64,000 nt of DNA from Chloroflexota bacterium (GTDB taxonomy: Bacteria > Chloroflexota > Dehalococcoidia > JAUQQI01), in contig PSKS01000002.1 in assembly GCA_040289115.1 (NCBI GenBank), positions 28,623 to 92,622 of the forward strand, in the 5' to 3' direction. The translations under genes and the position numbers were made by a program. The notes below the pieces were generated by a model, which saw nothing but the letters and a program-made list of their open reading frames with translations, was not told the DNA's origin and did no database searches. Shown piece by piece: positions 49,578-59,617 of this stretch (within the stretch, counting starts at the first letter, position 1; each line of letters begins with the position of its first letter).

Positions 49578-51070
49578 AGGTCCACCCCGAGGAAGGCTGC
49601 CGCCAGGCGGGCCTCATAGGCCGGGGGTAGGGCCGCCCTAAGGCGGGCGGCAAACTCTTCCCGCTCCCCCACCCGGTGCCGGTTATAGAGAATCTCGACG
49701 AGGGCTTGGGATGCCCCCGTCCCGCCCAGGAAGGCATCGACCGGGAGCAGCCGTTCTGGTTCCAGGCCCCCGACCCAGTAATCGGCCGTCGGGCTGGCCT
49801 CGCACCACTCGGGCGGGGGCGTGGGCCAGGGGCAGAAAACCCGAAAGCCTGGACCGGGGTTGGCCACCAGCCGGCGGTTGTACCAGAGGGCCGGCAGGAA
49901 ACTCTGCTCGTTGGGGTGGAGGACAGGCTCCTGGGGCTGCCGGTGGGCGGCCAGCCAGGCAGAGGCCCCCCGGATGTCGGGGTTGGCAAAAATCGGGTCC
50001 ACGTAGTAGGACCAGAGGGGCAGAACCATCCCGAACACCAGACCCACACCCCAGGCAAGCCTTAGATTCCGCCGGCCCAGCCCATCGACCGCCACGGCCA
50101 GGAACACGGCAAAGGGCACGGCCGCAAAGACCATGAAGCGCGGGTCCCACACCGGCCGCCCGACCAGCGAAACCCCGAAAACCAGCGCTGGCGGAATTAG
50201 CAAAAGGCCAACCAGACTCAGTACGGTCCACTGCCTCCGGACGAGGGCCCGAAGCAGCGTCCACCCGAGCAGCAGGGTGGTGACGTAGCGGAGGAGGCGC
50301 AGGGCCGTGTCCGGCAGCAGGCCGTACTCGGCCCGGGTCCGGTACCAGAGCCAGTCGTAGAGGGTCTTCCAGGACCCCAGGCCCACTGGCTCGACCCAGA
50401 CGTCTAGGCCGGCCTGAACCCGCCGAAACTGCTCCCACACCACTCCGACCCAGGGGAGGTAGGCCAGCCAGATGAGGGTGTGGGCAGCGGCCCAACCGTA
50501 AAGGCGGGGCCACCGGGCCGACTTCTCGCCCAGGATCAGCCCAAGTCCGGCTGTCCCCAGCCCGGCGAGGGCGAAGAGTCCAAACTGGTGGGTGTAAAGG
50601 CCGACGATGGCGGCCAGGGCATACACCACCCACCAGCCCCATCCGCCCGACCGGACGGCCCGGAAGAGGGCGGCGGCCCCCACCCCGACGGCCAGGGCTA
50701 CCAGGATATACCCCCGAAGGTACTGGGAATAGTAAACCAGGTAGCTGCTTAAGGCCGCAAGGACTCCGGCCAGCCGGCCCACCCCCCGGCCGCCTACCTC
50801 GGAGCCCAGCCAGTAAACGGCCAAGACGGTAAAGACCCCGAGCAGGGCCGGCAGGCTTCGGAGGAAATAGTCCGAGTCGCCGAGCCGAAGCCAGAGGTGG
50901 AGCAAGATAAAGAACAGGGGCGCCTGCTGGTCGGCGATCCCCTTGCCGACGACGGAACCCAGGTCCGAATTGGCCGCCAGGGCGATGCTGTGGGCCTCGT
51001 CGAACCAGAAGCCCCAGTGGTCCAGCCAGAAGAACCTCACCAGGGCCGCCAGCCCAGCCAACAGGGCCAA
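49550..51070 (-). CDS. GT-C fold glycosyltransferase, ArnT/PMT (GT39/GT83)-like polytopic membrane protein
   Basis: About 12 TM segments. The N-terminal DE motif region (FWFDEAHS) is typical of PMT_2/ArnT. It converges on prmC with a 28-nt overlap. Confidence 0.7.
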   Translation of the reverse strand: MALLAGLAALVRFFWLDHWGFWFDEAHSIALAANSDLGSVVGKGIADQQAPLFFILLHLWLRLGDSDYFLRSLPALLGVFTVLAVYWLGSEVGGRGVGRLAGVLAALSSYLVYYSQYLRGYILVALAVGVGAAALFRAVRSGGWGWWVVYALAAIVGLYTHQFGLFALAGLGTAGLGLILGEKSARWPRLYGWAAAHTLIWLAYLPWVGVVWEQFRRVQAGLDVWVEPVGLGSWKTLYDWLWYRTRAEYGLLPDTALRLLRYVTTLLLGWTLLRALVRRQWTVLSLVGLLLIPPALVFGVSLVGRPVWDPRFMVFAAVPFAVFLAVAVDGLGRRNLRLAWGVGLVFGMVLPLWSYYVDPIFANPDIRGASAWLAAHRQPQEPVLHPNEQSFLPALWYNRRLVANPGPGFRVFCPWPTPPPEWCEASPTADYWVGGLEPERLLPVDAFLGGTGASQALVEILYNRHRVGEREEFAARLRAALPPAYEARLAAAFLGVDLYEVRPRGP

Positions 51071-51126
51071 ATCGAGGCCGACGACCCCTTTCGGTTGCTG
51101 GTCGGGTCGGTTTACGGCCGGGATTT

Positions 51127-52032
51127 TCAGGCCTGGCTCGGAACCGGCAGGTCGATCTGGTAGCCCTTCAGAACCTCCTCGATAGCCCGGGCGGTCTTCT
51201 CGTCAGGCTCCACCAGGGGTAGTCGGGGCGCCCCCACCCGGAAGCCAACCCGGTTGAGCATCCACTTCACCGGGATCGGGTTAGACACCACAAAGAGGGC
51301 ATTCACTAGGGGCATCAGCCGGTGGTGGATGGCCGCCGCCCGAGAGATATCCCCGGCCAGGAAAGCATCGATCATCTCCCGAATCTGCCGGGCCACCAGA
51401 TGGCCAGCCACGCTGACCACTCCGTAGCCGCCCAGGGCCAGGATAGGCAGGGTGTCGGAGTCGTTGCCGCTGTAAACCAGCCAGCCCGGCCGAGCCCCGG
51501 CGATGACCTTGCCAACCTGTTCCAGGTTGCCCGAGGCCTCCTTAATGCCGACGATGTTATCGACCTGGCTCAAGCGGATCGCCGTCTCCGGGGCCAGGTT
51601 AGTGACGGTCCGGCTCGGGACGTTATAGAGGATGCAGGGTAAAGAGGTCGCCTCGGCGATGGCCTTAAAGTGGCGATAAAGCCCCTCCTGGGGCGGCTTG
51701 TTGTAGTAGGGGACGGTCAGCATCACCCCGTCGACCCCAATCCGCTCGGCCTCTTTGGTCAGGTGAATGCTTTCGGCGGTATTGTAGTTGCCGGTGCCGG
51801 CGATCACCTGCCCTCGGCCGGCTAGGGCCGCCTTCACCTCGGCAAAGAGTCTGAGCTTCTCCTCGGTGGACAGAACCGGGGCCTCCCCCGTGGACCCGGC
51901 CAGCACGACCCCATCATTGCCGGATTCCACAAGAGCCACCGCAAGCCGCTTGGCCTGCTCGTAGTCCACCTCGCCCCGCTCGTTGAAGGGGGTAACCATC
52001 GCCGTTAGAAGCCGACCAAACCTTGCCGTCAT
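51127..52032 (-). CDS. dapA: 4-hydroxy-tetrahydrodipicolinate synthase
   Basis: TPF..GEVD, GSTGE, the Schiff-base Lys region and length match DapA. Confidence 0.9.
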   Translation of the reverse strand: MTARFGRLLTAMVTPFNERGEVDYEQAKRLAVALVESGNDGVVLAGSTGEAPVLSTEEKLRLFAEVKAALAGRGQVIAGTGNYNTAESIHLTKEAERIGVDGVMLTVPYYNKPPQEGLYRHFKAIAEATSLPCILYNVPSRTVTNLAPETAIRLSQVDNIVGIKEASGNLEQVGKVIAGARPGWLVYSGNDSDTLPILALGGYGVVSVAGHLVARQIREMIDAFLAGDISRAAAIHHRLMPLVNALFVVSNPIPVKWMLNRVGFRVGAPRLPLVEPDEKTARAIEEVLKGYQIDLPVPSQA

Positions 52033-52053
52033 GGCAACACCTCCTCGAGGTTT

Positions 52054-53067
52054 TTAAAGCAGACCGCGCCGGATAAGCTCTTCGGCAATCTGAACCGCGT
52101 TAAGGGCCGCGCCTTTCCGGACGTTGTCGGCAACCACCCACATGACCAGACCCGGCTGAAATGCCTTATCCTCCCGGATGCGGCCCACAAAGACCTCGTC
52201 CCTGCCGGCCGCATCCCACGGCATCGGGTAGACGTTGCGGGCCGGGTCATCCAGAACCACCACCCCGGGCGCCCGGCTTAGCACCTCCCGGGCCTCGGCC
52301 GGGGACATGGGCTCGGTCAGCTCCAGGTGAACGGCCTCCGAGTGGCCGATAAAGACGGGGACCCGGACGCAGGTGGCCGAGACGGGCAGCTCTGGCTCGT
52401 GCATGATCTTGCGGGTCTCCTGGAGCATCTTGAGCTCCTCTTTGGTGTAGCCGTCCTCGTAAAAGCGGTCGATATGGGGCAGCAGGTTAAACCCGATCTG
52501 GTGGGGGTAAACCGACGGGCAAACGGCCTCACCCCGGAGGACCGCCTCCGTCTGGGCCCGCAGCTCTTCCAAGGCGGCGCTGCCGCTCCCCGAAACCGAC
52601 TGGTAGGTGGCCACAATCACCCGCCGGACCCGGTTGACCCGGTGAATCGGGTTCACGGCCACCACCATCTGGATGGTCGAGCAGTTCGGATTGGCGATAA
52701 TGCCCCGGTGCCAAGTGACGTCTTCGGGGTTAACCTCCGGCACCACCAGTGGCACGTCCGGCTCCAGCCGCCAGGCCGCGCTGTTGTCGACGACGACCGC
52801 CCCGGCCCGGACCGCCACCGGGGCCCACTCCCGGCTCACCTCAGCCCCGGCACTGAAAAGGGCCAGCTGAACCCCCTTAAAGCCGGCCTCGGACGTCTCC
52901 AGGACCGGAAGCTCCTCTCCTTTGAAGGTCAGGCGCCGGCCGGCCGAACGGTCGGAGGCAAAAAGCCTAAGTTCGGCCACCGGAAAGTTGCGCTGCTCCA
53001 AGACCTTGATAAACTCCTGACCGACCAGGCCGGTGGCCCCCACGATGGCAACGCAATATCCACCCAC
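52054..53067 (-). CDS. asd: aspartate-semialdehyde dehydrogenase
   Basis: VAIVGATGLVGQ, the active-site Cys (NPNCSTI) and the His in the C-domain are present. Confidence 0.92.
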   Translation of the reverse strand: MGGYCVAIVGATGLVGQEFIKVLEQRNFPVAELRLFASDRSAGRRLTFKGEELPVLETSEAGFKGVQLALFSAGAEVSREWAPVAVRAGAVVVDNSAAWRLEPDVPLVVPEVNPEDVTWHRGIIANPNCSTIQMVVAVNPIHRVNRVRRVIVATYQSVSGSGSAALEELRAQTEAVLRGEAVCPSVYPHQIGFNLLPHIDRFYEDGYTKEELKMLQETRKIMHEPELPVSATCVRVPVFIGHSEAVHLELTEPMSPAEAREVLSRAPGVVVLDDPARNVYPMPWDAAGRDEVFVGRIREDKAFQPGLVMWVVADNVRKGAALNAVQIAEELIRRGLL

Positions 53068-53079
53068 TTTAGGCTCACC

Positions 53080-53868
53080 TCAGAGGTCCAGAATCTTCTC
53101 GAGGCCGAAATAAAATTCGCGGGTCTCCAGGACCCGCCGAATGGCCATAAGAACCCCCGGAATGAAGGACTCCCGGCTGGTAGAGTCGTGCCGGATGGTG
53201 AGGGTCTGACCCCGGCCGCCGAAAACCACCTCCTGATGGGCCACCAGGCCCGGCAACCGGACGGCGTGGATGGATATCCCCCCATACTCCGCCCCCCTGC
53301 TCCCCGGCAGAGGCTCCTTGGCCGGAACGTTCCGGCGGAAGCCTCCCGGCCGCACTTCTGCCAGCAGCCGGGCGGTGGCCAGCGCCGTCCCCGAAGGGGC
53401 GTCGGCCTTGCCGTCGTGGTGGAGCTCGATGATCTCCGCCGTATCGAAGAACCGGGCCGCCTGCTTGGCCAGGTGCATCATCAGCACCGCCCCCACAGCG
53501 AAGTTGGGCACCACCGCTCCCCCGACCCCGACGGTGCGGGCCTCCTCGGCGAGGGCAGCCACCTGGTCCGGGGCAAGGCCGCTGGTGCCAATGACCGGCG
53601 CAACCCGGCGGCGAAGGGCGGCCCGGGCGTTCTCGATGGCAGCCTCGGCCACTGTAAAGTCCACGAGGACGTCCGCCTGAACCCAGTCCAGAAGCTCCCC
53701 CGCCGTCGGGGCGGCCGGAACCCCTTCCCAGCCGGAGAGGCGGCCGGCCGAGGCCTTGCGGGAGACCAGCCCGGCCAGTTCAAAGCCAGGCTCGGCGGCC
53801 AGGGCGCGGGCTACTTCGCTGCCCATCCGCCCCGTCGCCCCGGTAACTATGACCCGTACGACGTCCAT
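53080..53868 (-). CDS. dapB: 4-hydroxy-tetrahydrodipicolinate reductase
   Basis: VIVTGATGRMG and the E(L)HH motif (IIELHHDGKADAPSGTA) are present. Confidence 0.92.
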   Translation of the reverse strand: MDVVRVIVTGATGRMGSEVARALAAEPGFELAGLVSRKASAGRLSGWEGVPAAPTAGELLDWVQADVLVDFTVAEAAIENARAALRRRVAPVIGTSGLAPDQVAALAEEARTVGVGGAVVPNFAVGAVLMMHLAKQAARFFDTAEIIELHHDGKADAPSGTALATARLLAEVRPGGFRRNVPAKEPLPGSRGAEYGGISIHAVRLPGLVAHQEVVFGGRGQTLTIRHDSTSRESFIPGVLMAIRRVLETREFYFGLEKILDL

Positions 53869-53917
53869 CTCGACCTAACATCAAAAACTAACTAAAAACC
53901 ACCAACGCTGTCAAAAT

Positions 53918-55213
53918 TCACCAGTATACCATCGCGTCCAGCAGGATGCGCTTAAGCTCCTCGGCCCCCACATCCCGGGGTGAGTTGACCAGGATCCGCT
54001 GCTGCTTCAAAGCCCCTTCGACCAGGGCCGGAATGTCGGCCTCGCCGTAACCCAGGGCCGCGAGGCCGTTGGGAATCCCCACATCCCGCATCAGCCCAAT
54101 GAGGGTACGGGGTAGAACCTCGGCCCCCTCGGTGACGGCCACCCCCGAGACATCGGCCCCCAGCAGGGCGGCGGCCTTAAGGTGCCGCTCCGGGGCCGCC
54201 GGGTAAGTAAACCGGAAGGCGGCCGGGGCCGTGACCACCACGGAGATGCCGTGGGGCACTAGAGGCTCTTCGGTTTGGTAATCTGGCGGCCAGTAGTTCC
54301 GGACCATCCCGGCCACCGGGTAGGCGAGGCCGTGGGGAATATGGACCCCGGCGTTGCCGAAGCCGATGCCAGCGATGGTAGCGGCCAGGGCCATGTAGGT
54401 GCGGGCCTCCAGGTCCAACCCGTTCATGACCGCCCGCCGCAGGTAGCGGCCGACGTACTCGATGGCCTTCTCACACCAGATATCGCTCAGGGGATTGGCA
54501 CCAATATAGGCCGGCCGCTCGGCGGGGTTGTGCTTGGGCCGGGCATTATAGGGTCGGGTAGTGTACGACTCGACGGCGTGGGTGAGGACATCCAGCCCGG
54601 CCGCGGCCGTGACCATGGGCGGGCAGGTGATGGTATTCAGGGGGTCAACAATACCCAGGGATGGCCGGAGGTACCGGTGGGATATGCCCGTCTTAACCTT
54701 GAGGGCCGGGATATCCAGCACCGCCACGGCCGTGGTCTCGCTGCCCGTCCCGGCGGTGGTAGGCACGGCGATGTGGGGCTTTAAGGGGCCGGGAACGGGC
54801 AGGCCCTTGCCGATGGGCTTATTAACATAATCCAGGAGAGGAGCCGGGTACGTGGTGAGCAGGTTCACCACCTTGGCAGTGTCGATGGAGCTTCCGCCCC
54901 CAACGGAGATGAAGCCGTCGAAATTGCGGCCCTGGGCAAAACTTACGGCCGCCTCCAAGGAGGCGTCGGTGGGCTCCACGTGGACCCCATCGTAGATTTC
55001 CACCTGGACTCCGCCTTCGGCCGCCAGCTTGCAGACCCGGTCCGGGAGGCCGGTTTTCATCAAGTTTCGGTCTGTCACTAAAAGGGCCCTGGTTACCCCG
55101 AGGCGCCTTAAGTCAAAGGCGATTTCGGCAGTGGCGTTTACCCCGAACTTGATGGGTGCGGTCTCCATTACCAGGACGGTTTCAACCTCTACCATGGACG
55201 GCCCCCCAAACAA
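53918..55213 (-). CDS. iron-containing (group III) alcohol dehydrogenase family protein
   Basis: Fe-ADH GGGS..D motif (VGGGSSIDTAKV) and metal-binding His cluster are present. The start may be the Met 6 codons downstream. Confidence 0.8.
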   Translation of the reverse strand: MFGGPSMVEVETVLVMETAPIKFGVNATAEIAFDLRRLGVTRALLVTDRNLMKTGLPDRVCKLAAEGGVQVEIYDGVHVEPTDASLEAAVSFAQGRNFDGFISVGGGSSIDTAKVVNLLTTYPAPLLDYVNKPIGKGLPVPGPLKPHIAVPTTAGTGSETTAVAVLDIPALKVKTGISHRYLRPSLGIVDPLNTITCPPMVTAAAGLDVLTHAVESYTTRPYNARPKHNPAERPAYIGANPLSDIWCEKAIEYVGRYLRRAVMNGLDLEARTYMALAATIAGIGFGNAGVHIPHGLAYPVAGMVRNYWPPDYQTEEPLVPHGISVVVTAPAAFRFTYPAAPERHLKAAALLGADVSGVAVTEGAEVLPRTLIGLMRDVGIPNGLAALGYGEADIPALVEGALKQQRILVNSPRDVGAEELKRILLDAMVYW

Positions 55214-55274
55214 AGGGTTGGCGCGGCGCAGCCGTTAAAGTTTAGCAGGTTTTGTGGGTTCTGCCGACCGGGAA

Positions 55275-56309
55275 TTACGCGAGGGAGTCTTCGGTGGCGC
55301 CCGCCAGGAGGGTTCGGGCCGAGGCGGCGTTCTCCCGGATGAGCCGTTCCAGCTCCTGAGCCACCTCGGGGTGGTGGCGCAGGTACTCCTTGGCATTTTC
55401 CCGGCCCTGACCGAGGCGCTCGTCCCGGAAGCTGAAGAAGGAGCCACTCTTCTTGATAATACCCATGGCCACCCCAAGGTCCAGAAGGTCACCCTCCCGA
55501 CTAATACCTCCCTGAAACATTATGTCAAATTCCGCTGTACGGAATGGTGGGGCCACCTTATTTTTAGCCACCTTCACCCGGACCCGGTTCCCAACGATCT
55601 CCGTCCCCTGTTTGATGGATTCCACCCGCCGGATCTCGAGCCTTACGGTGCTGTAGTATTTGAGGGCCCGGCCGCCCGGGGTAACCTCGGGGTTGCCGAA
55701 CATCACCCCGACCTTCTCCCGGAGCTGGTTTATAAAGATCACCGCCGTATTCGACTTGCTGATCGCCCCGGTGAGCTTCCGCAGCGCCTGGGACATCAGT
55801 CGGGCCTGCAGACCCACGTGGGCATCGCCCATCTCCCCCTCGATCTCAGCCCGGGGCACGAGGGCCGCCACGCTGTCGATGACGATGACGTCCACCGCCC
55901 CGCTCCGAACCAGCGCCTCCGTTATCTCTAGGGCCTGCTCGGCGGTATCCGGCTGGGAGATCAGGAGCTCCCCAACCTTCACCCCAAGGTTGGCGGCGTA
56001 GACGGGGTCGAGGGCGTGCTCCACGTCGATATAGGCCGCCACCCCGCCCTGGGCCTGGGCCTGGGCGATGATATGGAGGGCTAGGGTCGACTTGCCGGCG
56101 GCCTCCGGCCCGTAAATCTCGGTCACCCGCCCCCGGGGAATCCCCCCAACCCCCAGCGCCAGGTCCAGGGAAAGGGACCCGGTCGGAATCACCGAAACCG
56201 GCGTCTTTATCGTCTCCTCGCCCAGGCGCATCACCGCGCCCCGCCCAAACTGCCGCTCGATCTGGGCAAGGGCAACCTCCAGGGCCCGCTGCTTGTCCGT
56301 AATACCCAT
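55275..56309 (-). CDS. recA: recombinase RecA
   Basis: [12 protein letters not shown] Walker A, L1/L2 loops and RecA C-domain are present. Confidence 0.95.
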   Translation of the reverse strand: MGITDKQRALEVALAQIERQFGRGAVMRLGEETIKTPVSVIPTGSLSLDLALGVGGIPRGRVTEIYGPEAAGKSTLALHIIAQAQAQGGVAAYIDVEHALDPVYAANLGVKVGELLISQPDTAEQALEITEALVRSGAVDVIVIDSVAALVPRAEIEGEMGDAHVGLQARLMSQALRKLTGAISKSNTAVIFINQLREKVGVMFGNPEVTPGGRALKYYSTVRLEIRRVESIKQGTEIVGNRVRVKVAKNKVAPPFRTAEFDIMFQGGISREGDLLDLGVAMGIIKKSGSFFSFRDERLGQGRENAKEYLRHHPEVAQELERLIRENAASARTLLAGATEDSLA

Positions 56310-56388
56310 CCCGGCTCAACCCTCCGAAAGTTCTTCCCAAAACTGCCAACTTATCATAGCACAAACTTTCTTTGTCATGCCACCGCCG

Positions 56389-57711
56389 CTAAACCAGGCC
56401 TTCCCGCCGCATCTGCTTGACGGTCTCCTCGAACGCCTGCAGGGTGTGGTCCACGTCCGCCGGGGAGTGGGCCGACGACACAAATCCCATAGTCCGGAAC
56501 AGGTCCACCCCCAGGTTACGCATCCCCTGGCCCAGAGCCTGGACCACCCGCGGGTTCATCTTCACGTTGGCCGCATTCTCCGGCGACCACCCGTCCCCGA
56601 TAAACACATGGAACACCGACCCCTCCCCGTAGGCCCGGCCCTTAACCCCCAGCTTCCCCAGTACCTGGTTCAGGCCATTGCGGATCTGCTCCCCTAGGGC
56701 GTCGGCGTGGGCGTGGGCCTCCCCCTGGGAGACGACCTTGAGGCAGGCCACCCCGGCTGCGGCCGAGAGGGGGTTGGCATTGAAAGTGCCCGGGTGGGCG
56801 ATCCGCTTGAAGCGGTTCCACTGCGGGTCGTCCGACTTAAACTCCAGCAAGGCCATGATATCCGCCCGGCCGGCTACTGCCCCACCCGGAAGGCCCCCGG
56901 CCAGGATTTTGGCCATGGTCGTCAGGTCGGGAACAACCCCGTACTTGGCCTGGGCACCCCCGGGCGACATCCGAAACCCGGTCACCACTTCGTCGAAAAT
57001 AAGCACAACGTTATGTTTAGCCGTGAGCGCCCGCAGGTCGGCCAGGAAGTTGGGTGGCAGGGGGATGGCCCCCGTCGAGGCCCCGCAGGGCTCAAGGATC
57101 ACCCCAGCGATGTCGTCATCCGACTCCAGCACCTGGCGGACAGCGTCGATGTCCGCCGGCAGGGCCACCATCGTGCCCAGCACCTCCTTCGGCACACCCA
57201 CCGAGACGGGAACGTCATAAGGGGGCTGGTGGGCCACGGTGGCGTAATCATGCCAGCCGTGGAAGTGGCCATAAAACTTGATGATTTTGGTTTTCCCAGT
57301 ATAGGCCCGGGCCAGCCGCATCGCCATGTGGGTGGCCTCGGTGCCCGAGCTGGTGAACTTCACCCGTTCAGCCGAGGGCACCAACCGCTGGACCCACCGG
57401 GCCCACTCCAGGGCCAGGGGGCTTTCCCCCACCGGATGGGTCAGCTTTGCCGCCTGCTCCCGGACGGCCGTCACCACGTCGGGGTAAGCGTGGCCCAGGA
57501 GCAGGGCACCGTGGCCCATAACGTAGTCGATGAGCTCGTTGCCGTCCACATCCCACTTTCGGGACCCGCTGGCCCGCTCGATGTAAAGGGGGAAAGGTTC
57601 GAAGTACCGGGAGTCGTGGGTGATACCGCTCGGAAACGACCTCTGGGCCTCCTGATAAAGCCGGAGCGAGGTCGGGTGCAGCTCCCGGTAGCGGTCGGCG
57701 ATGGTGGTCAT
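56389..57711 (-). CDS. class III (PLP fold type I) aminotransferase, glutamate-1-semialdehyde 2,1-aminomutase-like
   Basis: GHAYP..V..A, TSSGTEA and the PLP-Lys region match GSA-AM-like enzymes. No haem operon context is present. Confidence 0.75.
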   Translation of the reverse strand: MTTIADRYRELHPTSLRLYQEAQRSFPSGITHDSRYFEPFPLYIERASGSRKWDVDGNELIDYVMGHGALLLGHAYPDVVTAVREQAAKLTHPVGESPLALEWARWVQRLVPSAERVKFTSSGTEATHMAMRLARAYTGKTKIIKFYGHFHGWHDYATVAHQPPYDVPVSVGVPKEVLGTMVALPADIDAVRQVLESDDDIAGVILEPCGASTGAIPLPPNFLADLRALTAKHNVVLIFDEVVTGFRMSPGGAQAKYGVVPDLTTMAKILAGGLPGGAVAGRADIMALLEFKSDDPQWNRFKRIAHPGTFNANPLSAAAGVACLKVVSQGEAHAHADALGEQIRNGLNQVLGKLGVKGRAYGEGSVFHVFIGDGWSPENAANVKMNPRVVQALGQGMRNLGVDLFRTMGFVSSAHSPADVDHTLQAFEETVKQMRREGLV

Positions 57712-57766
57712 TTCGCCCTCCTTAGTTTTCGACCGAATCCTGCTGATTATAGCCCAAGAACGGCCT

Positions 57767-59350
57767 TCAGCGGGAGAACTCCCACCGAATCACATCCCGG
57801 AAGCGGTCCCCCGCATCCAAAATAACTCCCGGCCGGATGCCCCCCAGCCGGGCATCGGCCACGTAGTGGACCACCGGGAAATAAAGGGGCACCCCCGGCA
57901 CGTCCTGGGCTAGGGCAGCCTGAAGTTCGGCGTAAAGCTGGGCCTGTTGTGCGGGGTCCCAAGTGGTACGGATGCGACCCAGCAGGTCGTCAACCTGGGA
58001 GCTGGCGTACTGCCCGAAGTTGAGGCCCGGCTGGCGGGTCGCTCCGGAATGCCACAGGGAGTAGAAATCGAACCCGGGGTTAAACTCCAGGCCGACCAGC
58101 GCGGCCTCGAACCGGCTCTGGGCGACGAAATCGTTTACTACCCCCGAGAACCCACCGACCGAAAGGCGGGCTTCGACCCCTACCCGGCGCAGCTGGCGGA
58201 CCACTTCTTCGGCCACCGCTACCCGCACCGGGTCGTCGTTGGTTATCAGGCTGAAAGCAAGCCTTGCGCCCTCCTTCTCTCGAATTCCGTCGGCCCCCAC
58301 CTTCCACCCGGCCTCCTCCAGCAATTGCTGAGCCCGCTCCGGGTTGTACTCCCAGCGGCGGAAGTTCTCCCGGTAGAACCAGACGAAGGGCGGGATGGGC
58401 CCATCGGCCGGGAGCCCCAGCTCCAGCCCCCCCCGCCGGGCGAGGCGGGTCCGGTCCAGACTTAAGGCGATAGCCTCCCGGACCGACCGGTCGGCCAGAA
58501 TGGGGGAGCGGTGGTTTAAAAGGACCATTACCACACCGGCCTTAAAGAACCGGTAATGGGCCAGGGAGCCCCTTTCTCCGACCGGTAGGTCCGAGGGGTC
58601 CTGAACCACGGCGGCGTCAACCTGCCCGTTGCGGAGGGCCCCTTTAAGGCCGGTCTCATCTGGGAAAAAGCGCAGAACAATCCGGCGCAGCCGCGGGCGG
58701 CCGAGGAAATATTCCGGGTTAGGCTCCAAGGTCAGCTGGCGAGGCCGGACCTCGGCCACCCGAAAGGGGCCAGTGCCCACCGGCGGGTCCCCCAGGGGCT
58801 TGGACCCGGCCTCCCTGGGCGGAATCTGGGCGAGCCGGTGGGCGGGCAGCACCTTGAACGTGGCGTAGCCCAGGAAAGTGCTCAGGGGCTGCTTAAGGGT
58901 TACCTTGAGGGTTCTTTCGTCGGGGACTTCCACCTGAACAGACCGCCAGAAGCCGGACAGGTCCCCTGGCACCGGGGCCTCAGTGGCTTGGATAAGCTTA
59001 ACCGTAGCGGCCACGTCCGCCGCCGTAAAAGGCTGGCCGTCGTGCCAGCGCACCCCTTCCCGGAGCCGGAAGGTCACCGTCCGGCCATCCTCTCCCACCG
59101 CCCAGTCCACTGCCAGGCCGGGGATGAGCCGACCGGTAGGGTCGATGCGGACAAGGCCATCGTAAATCAGGGCGGCCACGTCCAGGTCGGCTTGGCTGGC
59201 CACGGTTACCAGCGGGTTGAAAGTCGTAGGCGTCCCCACTATCCCCTCCACCAGGGTATCAGCCGGAGACTGGCCCAGCCGCAGGGCCGTAACGGTGACC
59301 GCCGCGGCCACAACCAGCGGCAAGATAAAGAGAAGGCTTCGCCTGACCAA
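57767..59350 (-). CDS. ABC transporter substrate-binding protein, family 5 (peptide/nickel/opine)
   Basis: Signal peptide followed by an SBP_bac_5 fold of about 500 aa. Confidence 0.8.
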   Translation of the reverse strand: MVRRSLLFILPLVVAAAVTVTALRLGQSPADTLVEGIVGTPTTFNPLVTVASQADLDVAALIYDGLVRIDPTGRLIPGLAVDWAVGEDGRTVTFRLREGVRWHDGQPFTAADVAATVKLIQATEAPVPGDLSGFWRSVQVEVPDERTLKVTLKQPLSTFLGYATFKVLPAHRLAQIPPREAGSKPLGDPPVGTGPFRVAEVRPRQLTLEPNPEYFLGRPRLRRIVLRFFPDETGLKGALRNGQVDAAVVQDPSDLPVGERGSLAHYRFFKAGVVMVLLNHRSPILADRSVREAIALSLDRTRLARRGGLELGLPADGPIPPFVWFYRENFRRWEYNPERAQQLLEEAGWKVGADGIREKEGARLAFSLITNDDPVRVAVAEEVVRQLRRVGVEARLSVGGFSGVVNDFVAQSRFEAALVGLEFNPGFDFYSLWHSGATRQPGLNFGQYASSQVDDLLGRIRTTWDPAQQAQLYAELQAALAQDVPGVPLYFPVVHYVADARLGGIRPGVILDAGDRFRDVIRWEFSR

Positions 59351-59365
59351 GGCTGGCGCGTGCCG

Positions 59366-59599
59366 CTAACCAGCGAACTTAACGCTAGCGATGGAGACGA
59401 TGACGAAAATAACGGCCAGGACGATGGTGGCCTGGAAAAGGGTCTTTTCTAGGCCCCGCCGGGTGCTGAAAACCGAGGCGCTGTCGCCACCCCCAAAGAC
59501 CCCGGGCACATTGCTGCCCCTCATCTGCAGGATGACCACTAAGATGAGGGTTATTGCTAAGATGATTTGGGCGATTTGAAGGGCTGTACTGAGGGACAC
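59366..59599 (-). CDS. secG: preprotein translocase subunit SecG
   Basis: 77 aa with two TM segments and the Gly-rich loop (LQ.RGSN..G.FGGG) typical of SecG. Confidence 0.8.
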   Translation of the reverse strand: MSLSTALQIAQIILAITLILVVILQMRGSNVPGVFGGGDSASVFSTRRGLEKTLFQATIVLAVIFVIVSIASVKFAG

Positions 59600-59617
59600 C
59601 TCTTTTCTCCCCTGACT

